Source: Ginglymostoma cirratum
Lineage: Eukaryota
Reading direction: 5' to 3'
DNA: 64,000 nucleotides
NCBI GenBank assembly: GCA_024137785.1
Contig: JAHRHZ010000065.1
Coordinates: 27,121,700 to 27,185,699 of the forward strand
In this document: piece by piece, positions 12,901-27,424 of the stretch
Layout: each line of letters begins with the position of its first letter
How positions within the stretch are numbered: the stretch's first letter is position 1
Notes under the pieces: model-generated
The model's database searches: none
What the model was told of the DNA's origin: nothing
What the model saw: only the letters and a program-made list of their open reading frames with translations
Program-made: the position numbers and the translations under genes

Positions 12901-14189
12901 CCATCTGATAAGTCTGTACTAGCAGACTGTGAAGGCAGCATTCAGATTCCTATTGTACACTTTTTAACGGCTGCCATTTCAGAATAGTGTCTTCATTAAT
13001 TTCCACCAACCGTGCTCAAGCTCTGCTCATTTCTTTTTCTCCTCAGCTTCAGTTCTCCACTCCTTTAGATAATTATACCACTTCTTCCCATAGATGGCAT
13101 CAGCCAGCAATGCTAAGTAGCCAGCCACCTCAATGAAAGGCAAGGCCTGCACTAGAATAATATAATGACCGTCAGTGAGTCCTTCTCACCGGGAGACAAC
13201 TCCTTTTTGTTATATCCAGAAGGGCTCTCATACATGACTGAACATTTTCTTTCCATCATCAAAACTCCTGAGGTACTTTCCCTCTATTAACCATCACAGT
13301 AAATCACTCATGTTTTCCAACTGATTAAAGTAAGCGTAAAGCCCATTAAAGGCAATTCAAACCAACAAAGGTGAGGGAAAGATTGGGGTGGCGGAGAGCA
13401 TATCTTTTATCCCCCATCACCAAATCACCAGGGTACTTTTTCCATCTATTAACCAGCAGCAATAAATCACCCGGGCTTCCAATTGGATCATTTACATATA
13501 AAGCCTGTTAAGGGCATTACAAACCATCAAAGGTGAGGGACAGGGAGTGGGGGCAGGGGACAGTTCTTAAATTCAAAGTCTAATGAGCATCGCCTGTTCT
13601 CAAATGACTTTGGAGCTCATTGACCCTTAAAGGTGCCTGCATTTTGAACACTGACATTCTGGTGGCCATTAATATCTGCAGTGAAGAATATAAAGAATTA
13701 ACTGCAAAGCATGCACAATCCTTTACCTTAGCAATGTGTCACTCTGTCTGCACTCTGGATGTATTCTCACTGGCTTCCTGTGACAGTCTGTTTCTCCACT
13801 GGAAGACGCTCAGTCACTGTCCTCCCTACCAGTTCTGCAGACCGCTCTTTAAAGGTTACCTCAACCAGCCTCGGCTGTCTCCCTCCACTTCTGTATGATT
13901 TTCTGCTGAAGACAGAAAAGAGAAGGATTGAACGTAGTCACAATAGCTGCATGAACGATTTATGAACCTACACAACAATGCCCGATCCTGAGCTTTCCCC
14001 AATAAGTGATTAACTGTTACATTCTTGTGCACCTGTGCCATTTGTGCCATCATACAATTTGTGCCATCCAGTGCACATATGTGAAGTAGTGCTGAAATGA
14101 TTGTCATTTTTGACATAGACTGGCACAAATAGACTGAGCGATGTCCTGTTATTGTCAACTTGCAGGGAGTAGAGCACTTATCCTTGCAG

Positions 14190-14385
14190 TAGTATGTGTA
14201 CCAGATCCAGGTTCTTGTATTGGTCCACCCACACTGAGACTTAGGTCTAAGTCACCTTGGTCTAACGGAAGAGCCCCCTGCTGCCATCCCTGGGGAAGAG
14301 GACATTCTTTCTTTCCTCAATGGTCTGCACAAGAACTTCATGCAAGGTATCAATGAACTATGGGCCAAATTTCTGCCTGACATTC
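14190..14385 (-). pseudogene. Degenerate Myb/SANT-like ORF, probably a PIF/Harbinger transposon remnant
   Basis: Manual translation KFGP*FIDTLHEVLVQTIEERKNVLFPRDGSRGLFR*TKVT*T*VSVWV...RTW resembles the trihelix pattern (PRFS..LE.LV..V..R..VLF...W..V...RTW.QC); contains stops and a frameshift. Confidence 0.5.
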
Positions 14386-15879
14386 TTCCTGAGGCATTTC
14401 CAGGGAGGTGAGGACAACCATAACAGCTTGACTGATCCTACTGTTTTGCAGTAATTGAATACCTGACTGGGCACCTTTAAATATGGCATCTAGATCTTCA
14501 TGCCTGGAAGGCCCTGGCAAAACAAAACATTTTCTGTCTGTGCCACATCTCACATACATATGTAATGAGTTGAAACTCATTTGGGTGCATGAGAACATTA
14601 GATCCAGTTCCAAGGAAAAGGCAACCACTGACATGTCCAATGTCACACTTATGTTCCAGATTGGAACAATCATCCTGTTGTTCATGTTTACATCTCTTCT
14701 TAGTCCATTTTTCATTTCTTTACTTGTCCCATGATGATCTCTTTTTGCCTTGGACATCACCACTTGTCCCATTTTATCTCTCTTGCTATTGTAAGTGCCA
14801 TTTTCATCCCTATCGAAGCATTCATTCTTAACTTACATGTAAGGTCTTATCATAATTTTTTGCTTTGGAAATTATTTCTTCGCCAATTATTATAATCATA
14901 CCAGAAAGATGCCACATCTCAGGTTGAGTAACATGTTGCTTTATGACGCATCATATCCTATCATAATCCTCTTCTACTTGGTTAAACAAGATGTATTAAA
15001 GACGCTAACCCTAGCCTATTAACCTAGCCTAAGGACAACAATTTTTGCAAAAAGATGCTCACACTGCAAAAAGGATCAATTTGATTAGTAGGTAAAGTAT
15101 AAGTAGATCATATGCACAATAGCTGTTGTCCAAAGACTTCCCAGAACACCAGGGTTTCTTCCCGAGTGCTCACTGTTTGCTTCTAAGTGGTCACAGAAAT
15201 CTCACACATACAAGCCACTAATCTCTCCGAACTGACCCCTATTGAAATTAGAAATTGCATTCGCATCAGGAGATCATTTACTGCTGTGGATTTCAAACAA
15301 AGAATTGAAATGTTTTTGTTCAGTGACACAACAGATAAGCTTTGAGTCCTTGGGGTCGCATAACGAAAATTTTATATATTAAGCATGCTCAGCTAAGGGA
15401 AAACTAATTTGAGGCTTAGATACCAGCAGTCAGATTTAAAGTGTGAGAGGCATGTTATTATTTTCATTTTGTTAGTGGAAGTCAAGAGTCTTCCTTTATG
15501 TAATGTGATGGAACATCTGACAAATTTGTTGTGCAAAGATTTGCTTTTGAGTTGGAAAATCTCTGTACAAGTTTATTTTTTTCTCAGAATAATATCCGAC
15601 TTGATTATCATGTTGAAGGAACAGAGCAAAAACATATAATCAATTTTCAAATTCTAGGTGGTCTTCTGAATGTTTTTGTGGGCCAAAGTAATTTATCACC
15701 CAGTATCCCACTGTCTCATGCTCTGAAAAGTTTAACTTCAAGCTTGAATATAGGATATATGCACTGTGGACAACTTCCTGTTATTAATCTGTTAAAAGAA
15801 AACTTCAATTTAAGTCATGTGAAATAATCGTGGTTTCTTGTCATTCATCACTGTTCAGCTCAATTACCTCCTTAATTAT

Positions 15880-16265
15880 AGTGTTGACTGTGGCTCAGTG
15901 GTGTACCCCTGGTGCTCAAGCCAAAAGGTTGTGGGTTCAAGTCCTGCTCCAGACTCTTAAGCACATAATCCAGGTTGGTACTAAACTCCTACACTGTTGG
16001 AGGTGCCGTCTTTCAGATGGGACTTAATTCAAGCACTTGCAGGTAAACATAAAGGATCCCAGAGTACTCTACAAAGAAGAGTGAGGGACTTTTACTGGTC
16101 ATTGTTTATCCCTAAAACAGATGATCAGATCATTTATTTAACTGCCTTTTTTAGGAGTTTATTTTGCACAAAGTTGCTGCCACATGTCCTACATTACAAG
16201 TGTGGCTGTAAAATGTTTCAGAATGTTTTGAAGTGGTGAAGGTACTAAACAAATGCAAGCTTTTT
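15880..16265 (+). mobile_element. Deu-domain-type tRNA SINE (SacSINE1-like), decayed
   Basis: tRNA-like head (tggctcagtgg...gggttcaagtcc), a central cactgttggaggtgccgtctttcagatg, and an L2-like tail (aaatgcaagctttttt). Confidence 0.65.
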
Positions 16266-18439
16266 ATTTCCACTACAAGAAGTTCTTATGACATTCCTTA
16301 AAGAAAAATCTTTGTATGATAACGCAGAGAAATATATAAAATCAAGATTTAAGCCATCAAAAATCTCTGGACTCACAAGTTCTCCATAACCTGCTAAAAC
16401 TTATGTATTGTATTGTCTTATAACAATGTTTTCTGAATCTATATTACTTAAAGAGCTACTTAAATGAAATAAATGGTAATAGATTTCAGCACTCTAAAGT
16501 TGTGATCTGTAGGCAACTTGTCCTAAAATACCTAATCTTTAAGACGATGGAAGATTTTAGTGGTCTAGATTTTGCAATTAGTGATGAACATTGACCTCGG
16601 AGAAAGGTGTCCTTAAAAGCCTTAGGAAATCTATGGCATAGACTTGCCCTTTGCCCAAGATAGCACCACGTCAAAGGACATCTCCAGGCATGTTTAGCTG
16701 TGAACAAAGCAAGCATGACTTACAGCTGACCCCACTAACTAGTTTGGCATCATTAACACCACCAAATCTATTACATATAACTGTTTCATTGGGTAGTAAT
16801 GTTCTACATTTTGGTCCCTTAAAAGCAGAAGTAAAATTTCATTGAGATATAAAGAAAAATGTGTACTAGAATATCAAATTTAAAAAATGCGGCATAAATA
16901 AAATTAAGGAATCACATGCTTTATGTTAAGTCTGAATTTCCTCATTCTTCTTGACAAATATCAATCCATGTCCCAATCCTCAGCTCAGTTCGTTATAATG
17001 GCTCCACCCTTAGGCTAATTGGGGGTCATACACACAAATTTCCTCCACACTGGCTCAAAGTGACTGTAAATGTAAGCACTGAATCTTTGCTGTGGCAGGA
17101 TGCGACATCAATTTTCTTGAGCATTTTGCCACATTTCAACATTTGTTTTATCCACACTGAGTTCTCCATTCGATTTATTGTTTCTTTAAATATACTTATA
17201 TGGCACAACTACAAGTCCCATCAAAACCATGAAAGATTCCTTGATTACATCTTCTTAAACACACTAATAGCTATTGAATATGACTGATAAATGGATGGTT
17301 TGAAACTTTAATTTTCATTCTTGTGAAAAGAATACATGTTGTGAATTTGGCTCCATTTTGATTAGCTGATGCTACAGAAAAGTTTCCACACAATGGTAGA
17401 ATGCTTTTGGAGGCGTTTCTGGATTTGACAGAGTATTGCTTTATTTTCCATAGGGAGGGAAAAGGATTTTGTGTCCTCGCCACACAAAGGTTGCAACAAG
17501 TATGGTGACTGCATGTGTAGTATCTGTGCAGCACAGTAGATGCAGGGGCAGAGGCTGCAAACAATAGACGTTCTGAGCGATGCACTCTGTTAAGTTGGAG
17601 CTGATCCTCCATGCTCCTTGCCGGTGGCAGGAGGCTCATGAGTGAGCCAGCTGTAAACTCAGCTTCTTGGTGTGTATGCCCATCAGTGTTCATCTCTGTA
17701 TTACCCAACAAAACTCTCATCTGAGTCCCTTATTAGCACAGAAACAATCCTTTCTCCCGAGCCTTAATGCAACACATTCATGCCCAGTGACCTAACATAT
17801 GCAGGTGTCAATTCAATACAATCCTCTAAGGTATATGTTGTTCCTATATCAGAGCTAGTGATTGCAAGTATCAGGTCAACTAATGGACACTGTTCATTAG
17901 TGGTGTGGTGATGCTCTCTCTACTCTCCTGCTGGAGCTGTAATATCTAAAAGCTGAAAACCAGAAAAGAGAACGTAAAGTGAAGGAAGAAATCTGGAGTG
18001 GAAAACAGCATCCATGGCCTGCAGCTTGCATATTATGCTACAGCAAGATAGGGATAAGCTGGGAATTGAGAATGTCATCTGATAAGAAGACACCATCATT
18101 TTTAATGCTCTCTGTTATGTCAGACACCAATAGCTGTGTTACAGATGGCCCCTTGTGCAGATGTAACCATCCTTTATGCCCCATCAGTTCTGCTTTGCTC
18201 CAAGTGGTTGTGGGACATTTTGTTATGCAAAAGAGAGGGCAGAACATTAGTGATTTATTTTATACTACAGTAGATGTTATACATTCCTCAAATGAATTAT
18301 TGGTCTGAAATCTGGATGTTAAGCTGCCAGCTTTGAAATGCGGTGAGGATGTTAGCCAGGAACTGTTGATGTAATGTACTATTGAGCAGTGTGTGACGTT
18401 GTTGGTAAAATAGTTGTGATGGTTTCAGATCAGATGCTC

Positions 18440-18680
18440 ACTGACCTTGATCATTTGTGTGTGGCCATTAAGCTTTTTGTGGCATTATTACCAGGGTTTA
18501 TTTTTTCTGGCTGCACTCTTCACAAGAATCCCCAGGGACTCTCATTCCTTCCACAAGGTGATCCTTGAGTGCTTCCTCCTTTCCATTGAAATGTGACTTC
18601 CATTCACCTGTCCGCCTCCATGACTAAAGCCTCCAGCTCCACATCTGTGAATGTATGAATCCTCTCTTTCCATGGTGTTC
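18440..18680 (-). pseudogene. Second degenerate Myb/SANT-like ORF (Harbinger-like remnant)
   Basis: Manual translation KERIHTFTDVELEALVMEADR*MEVTF...LWKE...KPW**CHKKLNGHTQMIKV resembles the trihelix pattern F(S/T)D.ELE.LV...W....RTW.QCRKKFNDL. Confidence 0.45.
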
Positions 18681-20664
18681 CCATTGTCCATTTCCTGCAT
18701 GGAACTAGTGAACTTCCACTTAGTGGATCATTTAAAAAGGACAGAATGCCTGTAACTGCTGACTGCCCTGCTGGCTGCATCAGTTGAAATGAGTGTATAT
18801 TGCTTAACTATGAGCTCTTATGGATCAGTTGTAGTCTCCACACCTCTGGACTAGAAGGTGCAGGTTCAGGTCCCACCTGCTCCAAAGGTGTGTCATAATA
18901 TATCTGAACAAGTCAATTAAAAATATCTACACTGCTCGGTGTCCTGTTGAACACTAACGCAAAAAATTTACCAAGACAATCTCTTAGCACTTGGCGTGCA
19001 CACATATGCAGCTAAATACAGAAACGCAGAAGTTACTGTTAGTCCTCTGCAGAATGTGCCATCATAGTGTTCACCAAGGAACTACTGCAGAAATCATAGT
19101 CAAGCCATGAACAATACTAATTACCCACTGGATTAAAAAAAGCAATTAAGAATAGATACATTTTTAATTAAGTTATAAGTATTTCTGAAGCATCCCTCTG
19201 GCCCTGAAACATAAATTTAATGATGTGGAGCCTCACTATCTCAGAGGAAAGTTAATTGTTGCTGATTTTTAACTCATAACACTAAATTCGTTTTTCTATT
19301 TTGTGTTTTTCTATTTAACTTTTCCCTCAAATCCCATGAGTATGTCTGAATCACTACTTCATTTTCTGTACAATCATTTAAGTATAATTTATATTTCCTG
19401 TTCTTTACTTCCAGCTTTGCCATCAGTAAGGATTCTTCAAACTGACTTATTGATAAGTTTCCCCATCACTTGCCTTGCTGAGAAAACATAGATTCTCCCT
19501 TAGTTGGTGCCAACTTCAAACTGACACTGGGAAGAAAGTTTCTGCACTCCAGAGCTTGTTAAAACTTTGGGGGCACCTTTTATTGAGGGGAATGGTGAGT
19601 GCTTAGACTTATTTCCACAGATTTCATGAAGTTCTCAATTATCAATCAAAATGTGAATTGAAAGTCCTTTGCATATCTTATTACCTCAAACGCCATAACG
19701 AGAGAAATATTTTAAAAAACTTACAATACACTTTTATAAAATTGCGAGTTCCCAGCAGCTGCTTCTGAATAAAGAATAAGCTATTCCCTTGTGAAAACAG
19801 AAATGAACCAGTATTCAACCCACCATAATAAAGTCTGGCATTTCAATTAAAATACACACAAGGTCACAGTTGAGAGCGGAAGCTGCCGTTTGCAACCCTA
19901 TCCATACAATATCTGCCATTTACTGATCTTAAACTTCATCCTGCAATAAAATCTCATTCAATAATGTACCTGATTTTAATCATCAGGAGGTTACTTTCCA
20001 CTTTAAAACACCTCTGAGACATTGTTTTCCCAATCCTTCTAATGGTGAAATCTGAATGTAACTGGTTCCACTACCACTGTATATATACCACACTATAACT
20101 AGTATGTGTTATTTCTTGAGTGACAAAAGAATTACATTGTGTCTCACATTTCAAACAGAGACAAATCAAATGTTTAGTTTAACTTAAACATATTTTTGAG
20201 ATCTTTAATTTATTGTAATATGCCTGTTCATCATCCAGAAATTGCACTGCGAATACCTGGGGGTGTATTTCCTATAAAGATATCTGCCAAGGAAAGGAAG
20301 ATGTTGCTATTACATTTTATCAACATCAATACAAAAAACATGAATAAAATCATGTAAATTTCAGGAATGTATTTAGATAGTTTCAGATGATACATTAGCC
20401 ACAACAATACAATATCCAATGAAAAATCAACAGAAACCAGAGGCTCCAAAAACTCTGGAAAAAAAAATCCCAGAATCCATCAGAAAAAACAAACTTTGAT
20501 TATTCAGTCACTATCAACTCAGGACCTTAATCATAAAGCAGCCATTTAACCAAATACAACTGCAGAAAATACCTCTAAATTTTCTGAACACCGCAAGGTT
20601 GAAATGCACTTTAACTTTTTCTAGATACTTCAAACCAGTTCCATCATTGATAGGCAACAAAAAT

Positions 20665-20979
20665 CATAGAATCCCTACAGTGTGGAAACAGGCCATTTGG
20701 CCCTTCGAGTCTGCACCAACCCTCTGAACAGCATCCCACTCAGACCTGTTCCCACATCCTAACCATGCCTAAGCCATCTAGCCTGAACGTCCTTGGACAC
20801 TATGGAACAATTTAGCATGGCCAAATCCACCTTAACCGCTCATCTTTGGACTGCAGGAGGAACCCACACAGACACAGGAGAATATGAACTCCACACAACT
20901 ATCACCCAAAGCTAGAATCAAATCCATGCCCCTGCCGCTGTGAGGCCATGGTGCTAATCACTGGGCTACCGTGCCAACC
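20665..20979 (-). mobile_element. HE1-like SINE
   Basis: Similarity to the other copies; catagaatccctacagtgtggaaacaggcc end. Confidence 0.85.
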
Positions 20980-21454
20980 TAAAAATGTTTTGTGAGTTGT
21001 TACCTGTAAGGAAAAGTTCATCACAACAGAGTTGGTGCCATGGCAGTGTAGCACTTCAAACATCAGAGATTTATTCTTAAAATGCCCAGCAATATGAAGA
21101 AAGACCAGTAACAAGAGACGTTAAGTTAGGAAGCAAAAGTATGATTAATGAATTTTAAAGGGATTAGAAGAAGTGTTGAGGAAAGGCGATTAAATGAATG
21201 AGATTGTCACAGAAAGGGCACAGTGCATGAAAAATCATGCTGACATAAAAGAAAATTCTACTTAATGTAAGAAAGTAGAAGTCAAGACCAGGAGAAGCTT
21301 AAAAACCAATTTCAATCTAGTAAACAAAGTCAAGATGCAATCTAATGGGGAAGATATTGCCTGGAGAAGCTCTTCAACATCATTCAACAAAACACAATTC
21401 AAATGACACGTGGTAAAACCCCATGATAAGGTGCATCTTGATTTGATAAGGCTT

Positions 21455-21780
21455 ATTTTCTTTATTCGTTCATGGGATGAGTGTGTTACTGATCAGGGCA
21501 GAATTTATTACCCATCCCTAATTTCCCAGAAGACAGTAAAGAGTCAACCATACTGTTGTGGGCCTGGGGTCACATCTAGGCCAGACCAGAGAAAGATGAC
21601 AGATTTCCCTCTCTATAGGATGTTAGAGACCAGTTTCTTTTTAACGATAATTGATAACGGTTACATTTGTCATCTTTAGGCCATACTTTCATTCCAGATT
21701 TTTATTGAATTCAAATTGCATCATCTGCTATGGTGAGATTTGAATACATGACTCCTGTAATACTAGTGCAGCGATAAATT
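21455..21780 (-). mobile_element. tRNA-derived SINE, further family sharing its 3' tail with the second LINE family
   Basis: Similar to 30840-31150, 53730-54115 and (reverse) 55295-55600. Confidence 0.6.
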
Positions 21781-22427
21781 ATTAAAGTTTTACAGGAAAG
21801 GTTAGCAATTAATCTGAATGCTATAGCGATTCAGCCTAAACCCAGCGAAAAGCTATAAAAGTCAACTGAAAAGTACCAAATGAGAACCCATTATGCCGGA
21901 ATAGGAAGATGTATGGACTGCTGTCCCTCAAGGTTTAGTACTAGGACCATGGCTGTTTCCAATTTACATTAATTATCTAGATTTTAAAAATTAATGGTTA
22001 AATTTGCAATTTTTAACAAACCAGATGTAGGGGTGTCATCTAGAAATTACGGGATAGACAAATGTAAGTCAGATGAAGTAATGAACAAACTTCATATTGC
22101 TCTACTCAGACCACACCATGAATCCTGCATCCAAAACTGTTCACTAAGGAGCAACAGATGCATTCAAGTGCAGACAAGTGACAAAAGGCTAATTATCAGG
22201 GCCATTGTTAAATGTAATAAATGAAGAATGGGGAAACCTGCGCTTCCCATTCCCAAATAAAACCATGGGAAAAGAACTAGGGAACACAATCAAACTAGAG
22301 AAAGATGCTTTTAAGGCAATTGTCAGAAAATTCATCTCACAAAGAATGTGGTATAATTTTCAATATTGGAAATATAAACTTTAGAGTAGGGCTTCTGAGA
22401 TGGAAGAAATATATGTACCAAATTATA

Positions 22428-22680
22428 GAACCCAGAACATAGAACAGTACAGCACAGTACGAGCCCTTTGGCCCACGATGTTGTGCCAACCTATTATCCT
22501 ATTCTAAGATCAAACTACCTTGCGTACCTTACATTTTACTATCATCCAAGAGTCGCTTAAATGTCCCTAATGTATCTGACTCCACTACCACCACCGGCAG
22601 CACATTCCACGGACCCACCACTCTCTGTGTAAAGAACCTACCTCTGACATCTCCCTTATACCTTCCTCCAACCACCTTCA
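22428..22680 (-). mobile_element. CR1-type LINE 3' end with short-repeat tail
   Basis: agaacccagaacatagaacagtacagcacag... tail; the minus strand encodes an FTQRVVGPWNVLP-like peptide. Confidence 0.8.
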
Positions 22681-24934
22681 GCCTAAAAAATTATCTTCCA
22701 CATCTATAATTATCTTGTGACCTTGTGAGCAGATGGAATGGGGAATAAGCAATGATACAGAGTTGTGGGCACTGAAGACTGTGCGGAATCTTATCATTGG
22801 GGACGATCAGTCATGTACAAGGAAACAAAGATGGTCAGGGGTTTGAAAACAGGAGCAGGGCTTTGAAACTGGTAGGTGAGGGACAAACAAACAGTGGATG
22901 GGGTAATAGAAAATAATGAGCAAATGTACATAATGATTTATGATGGAGGAACTTGCCACAATGAAGGCAGATATTAGTGTTCATTAGAGAAAAAACAGAG
23001 GTTATAGATTAGGAATGTTCCACTGCATTCAGAAATTGGCCAAAAGCAGGCCTTATCCCTTCATTGATCTTCTACCAACTTCAATCCACACCCACACATC
23101 TGCCCACCCTCCATTCACATAGCTCATAAATTGTTATTGAAATATTGTCACCTGAAGGTCAAATACTTAGTGATCTCCCAACTTCTGACAGTTCTGACAG
23201 TTATCCACAACAGTCTCTGATCCTGTGTGGTGAGAGCATAACAACTTATGACAGACATTCTTCATGTTGCAGCTTGAGTTGGAACCTCTCAGAAGAAAGA
23301 TTTCAAAGCATAATTTTAAAGCTCCTTTGACCATGAGTATTTCTTGAACAGAACAAAATGTTTGGGGGAAATGGATCTCAGTCTAACGTCTACAGATGTT
23401 TTCTTTTTCCCAGACTGAATTCAGTTGAGATGAATCATTTTCCCAATGAGGAATGTAATTTGTCATCACAAGAATGGGCTTGGAATAGAAAAATATCTGT
23501 TGATGATGGCATCATGCAGCTTGGGGCAGGGTGGGTATTAGCTGTTTCCTCCCAGAGGTGGTGATCAAATGGAACTGGATTTTCACCCACTCCTCCCACT
23601 TAATGACAATGCTGACCCAGTTTTCTGGATTTTGTCTCCTCCATTATGGGCAATGAGTCTTGGAACATAATTCCATCTACAAACAAAGAGCCTGAGATGA
23701 ATGGTAAGGATACCACCAACAGTATCCCATTCTTTACTCCACTCTCTCTAAAAGTTCCAAGAGGCAAGAGGAATCCATTTTGAGCCCAGCCACTGCCCCT
23801 TTGCTTTCTTGCACATATGATTGGCAGGGAAAGATTGATCAGTAACAATCCTTGTGCAGCAGCAAGTGGGACCTGAAAGTCTGGTGATGCAGCACTGCTG
23901 TACGTAATAGTCAAATATTCGATCAGTGTTGGATAGAATGATGAGGAAGAATTCAGCCTAAAGAAGTATTAGCATTTAAGCCTGGTTGAAACCAGTACAA
24001 CAAAGTCATGTAATGACATCATATCACTGTGTACATTGTAATTTCAGCAGCAAAGCTGTACACATTGATTCATTTGTAAGGAGAGTTTTCCCCCAGATAA
24101 CGTTTTACATAGAACTTTGTTTCAGAAGTGTACAAGTTCATACACAAAATTAGTCACTTGCTAAACCAAGAGTTTCGAATAATACTACTTGTAGGAAGTA
24201 GTTGGCTGGCCACCAAAACCCAATAAAATATCCCCAGAGCTTTCTGTCTGACCAGAAATCACAGAGGTCAGACTGAGTCACCTAATTTTATTACCTCAGC
24301 ATGTGCCTTTGATCATGTAGTTTCTTTTGTCTTCACCATTGTGTCTTCCCATGCCACATTAATTTTTTTGGTCAACTGGAGCCAATTGTTCGGTATGATT
24401 TGTGACTGAGGTGGACGGGACAGCTGGCTTTTTATTGTCAATGTAGCAACTGTTTAACTATAATATATTTCTTTTCATATATAATACAGGAAGAGACTAA
24501 CCTGACTTTTTTAAAAAATGGACACACTGTCCGACAAAATGGCTGTCAGAAGTCACATGACTCCTTATTGATTCACAATCAACAAAGCAGACAGACTGGT
24601 GTGTCATTGCAACATCAAAAACAAAGGGAGACTATTAACATTGAAATAACTCCTGGACACTAAACAAGTCCTTCTAAAGATGTGAGGATTTGATGGTTCT
24701 CAGCAAAACAGGAGACTGAAAAGACTTCACAGGGAATTCCAACACAATTCACTTTGCCTCGTGGTACAATGATTTATCAAAAGTTCATAGCAAACATCTT
24801 AAATGTTGATCTTTACAAGACAGGCTGTAAAATATCATTTTAAACAGAACTCTAAAAATAACTCTAAGAGACTTCATAGAGAAAGAGTTTCCAGCCAAAG
24901 GGACCACAAGAAGAAAGGCAACCCAGCTATATGA

Positions 24935-25042
24935 CTGGAATAAAAGCAGAAGGTACTGGAGAAACTCAGCAGATCTTGCAAAACCTATGCAGAGGGAGAA
25001 ACAAAATTAATGTTTTGAGTCCAATGACTTTCATTTAGAACA
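24935..25042 (-). mobile_element. Old Penelope-like pLTR arm
   Basis: Similar to 3785-3900; heavily degenerate hammerhead-like core. Confidence 0.45.
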
Positions 25043-25592
25043 CTTGAATAGTTAAAGGAATGCCGTACAGACCCAGGCTACAAAGGGTCACAACCAGATG
25101 TACTACCAAACTGAAGTGAAGCAGCCTACATATCTTCCCTGAAACCATTCTGCTCAACCCACTGGTGAGAGAAGCCTCCAACTATTCATTTATGGAAACT
25201 ATTACAGCTGCTGAATTCTGACCTCCTTACCATGGAGAAAGAATCCTTCGACAAGTTACAGATGTGCAACAATAACAAACTGATTTTCCTTCATCTTCAT
25301 ATTACTCATACTTACTTTTAATCTTTTTAAGTACATTATATCTATTAACAGAACTACTCTGTTTTACTTAATAACTTTCAAAATGAATGTGTAATAAACT
25401 AAACTTTATCTTTTTTAAGACATAGTACTTTCTATGTTTAGTTTTAAATCATTCACTTAACAAACTAAGAAGGGGTTCAATGAGCATACAAATTTGCAAT
25501 TCATGGACCAATCTGAGGACCTGCCTGTTGTGATCCTGATAGTCTGTATGAGTCTTGTGGGACTGAAATGGTTGTCATTGCTGTCAGCCATA

Positions 25593-25980
25593 CAAAGAAC
25601 GAAGAACAAAGAAAATTACAGCACAGGAACAGGCCCTTCGGCCCTCTAGGCCTGCACCGATCCAGATCCTCTATCTAAACCTGTCACTTATTTTCCAAAG
25701 ATCTGTATCCCTCTGCGCCCTGCCCATTCATGTATCTGTCTAGATACATCTTAAATGACGCTATCGTGCCCGCCTCTACCACCTCTGCTGGCAACGCATT
25801 CCAGGCACCCACCACCCTCTGCATGAAGAACTTTCCATGCATATCTCCCTTAAACTTTTTCCCTCTCACCTTGAAATCGTGACCCCTAGTAATTGAGGTT
25901 CCCAACTCTAGGAAAAAGCTTCTTACTATCCACCCTGTCTCTACCTCTCATGATTTTGTAAACCTCAATCAGGTCCCCCA
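25593..25980 (-). mobile_element. Young CR1-type LINE 3' end, 5'-truncated
   Basis: ORF 25684-25905 is nearly identical to the peptide at 5433-5850; same (TTCTTTG)n tail. Confidence 0.9.
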
Positions 25981-27424
25981 TGGTCCTGAGAAAAATTAAC
26001 TGTAAGTTGTATCTCCAATTCAGATGATCCAGAAATGACTTTTTTTTCTGCAAATGTGAAGCAGCAAGCTCAGACATCTGACAGAAACTTACCAGACCTA
26101 GATGTTTGGATAACGCTACATCCAGTAACATGCTGCCTATAGTGGGTGGTTGGCTCATTCTCTGGGGAAGTGACTGGATAGAAGACAAATTGAATAGTTG
26201 CAATCAGCATTAAGAGATCTCCCAATTCATGTTCCTCTCAATCCAGAGGCTTAAACTTTCCTTGCTGCAATGTCAGTCAACTTTGAGAAACCGAACAAAA
26301 CCTGAGCAATTTCCTTCATGTGAGTATTTTTGGTTGCCTTACTGAGTTCTCCACAGATTATTTCAGGAAGAAGAACCTCCTCTTGGTTATGATGTTTAAG
26401 CTGGTGATGAATTAATTCAACATATGAGACATGTCAAACACAATTCTGGGAGATTGGCACCAACACCCCTACTTAGGTTTACCGCTCCAATCCCACTTTT
26501 GTCTGAAAGTGGAGCCAATGACATCTGTGTCCTGAAGTTCCTCAATCAAGATTTTACACCTTCCGCACCTCTGATCAAAAATGTTATCATTCAGCATTTT
26601 TCTTCATTTCTCATTCCTTCTAGAATCATGGGCACAGTTTACAACCTTTCTTAGCTCTTCTTCATTACAGTCTGAATCTCCTGGGTACTTCTCCCTGGCT
26701 TGATGATTGGACATGATGAAATAAATGGCAATTTGGTGATGGTGTGCAGGCAGAACAGATGTCAGAATGGGGGAAATGCTGTAGCCTGAGTTTACGTGCT
26801 CTGTAAGCTTCATTTTTTCTGGATGGAGTACAAATTACTGAAATTAATATTAGGCCATTTGACAGTGATCTGAAATTAAATTTTCAGAGTGCAATAAAAT
26901 CACAATGGGCTAACTAAATCCTAAGAAATCAGCATTATTTCATCTATAAAAATCTGGAATAAAACCTGTTGTAATAGCAACCCAAACTCTTTCTACCATG
27001 AGGCATCTTGCGATAGAAGGTGTTTTCAACTCGGGTTGAAGATGTGGGGAGTTGGGGAAGGTAGTAGATTTGCATATGTTTGTCATTCTTACTCTTATTA
27101 TTTTCTCTCTTTAGCAATATTGTTACAACCAGGTGAGGAGAGATGATGAACTCCTCTTGATTTAATACTTCTTGGTCAATTGCACAATTGTTTTTACTAC
27201 GTGGATATCACACTTCAATTAATCTTAGTTAACCAGTTCATAAATGCAGGGGAGCTAATTCCACTGTTTTCTTGAGTGAAAGAGCATAGAGTTTTATTAC
27301 CTACTAAAGCCCAAGAAAAATAGCAAAATGCAAAGCCAAACACAGACACACAGATAAAGGTAATAAGTTTTTAAGCAAAATGGGGGAGGATATCTAAACA
27401 GACAAGAAGGTAGATGGAGTTTAA

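Noticed and set aside
14270-14290. CTCF-like motif (ggcagcagggggctc on the minus strand)
   Set aside because: Imperfect match inside a probable transposon ORF remnant; no independent support.
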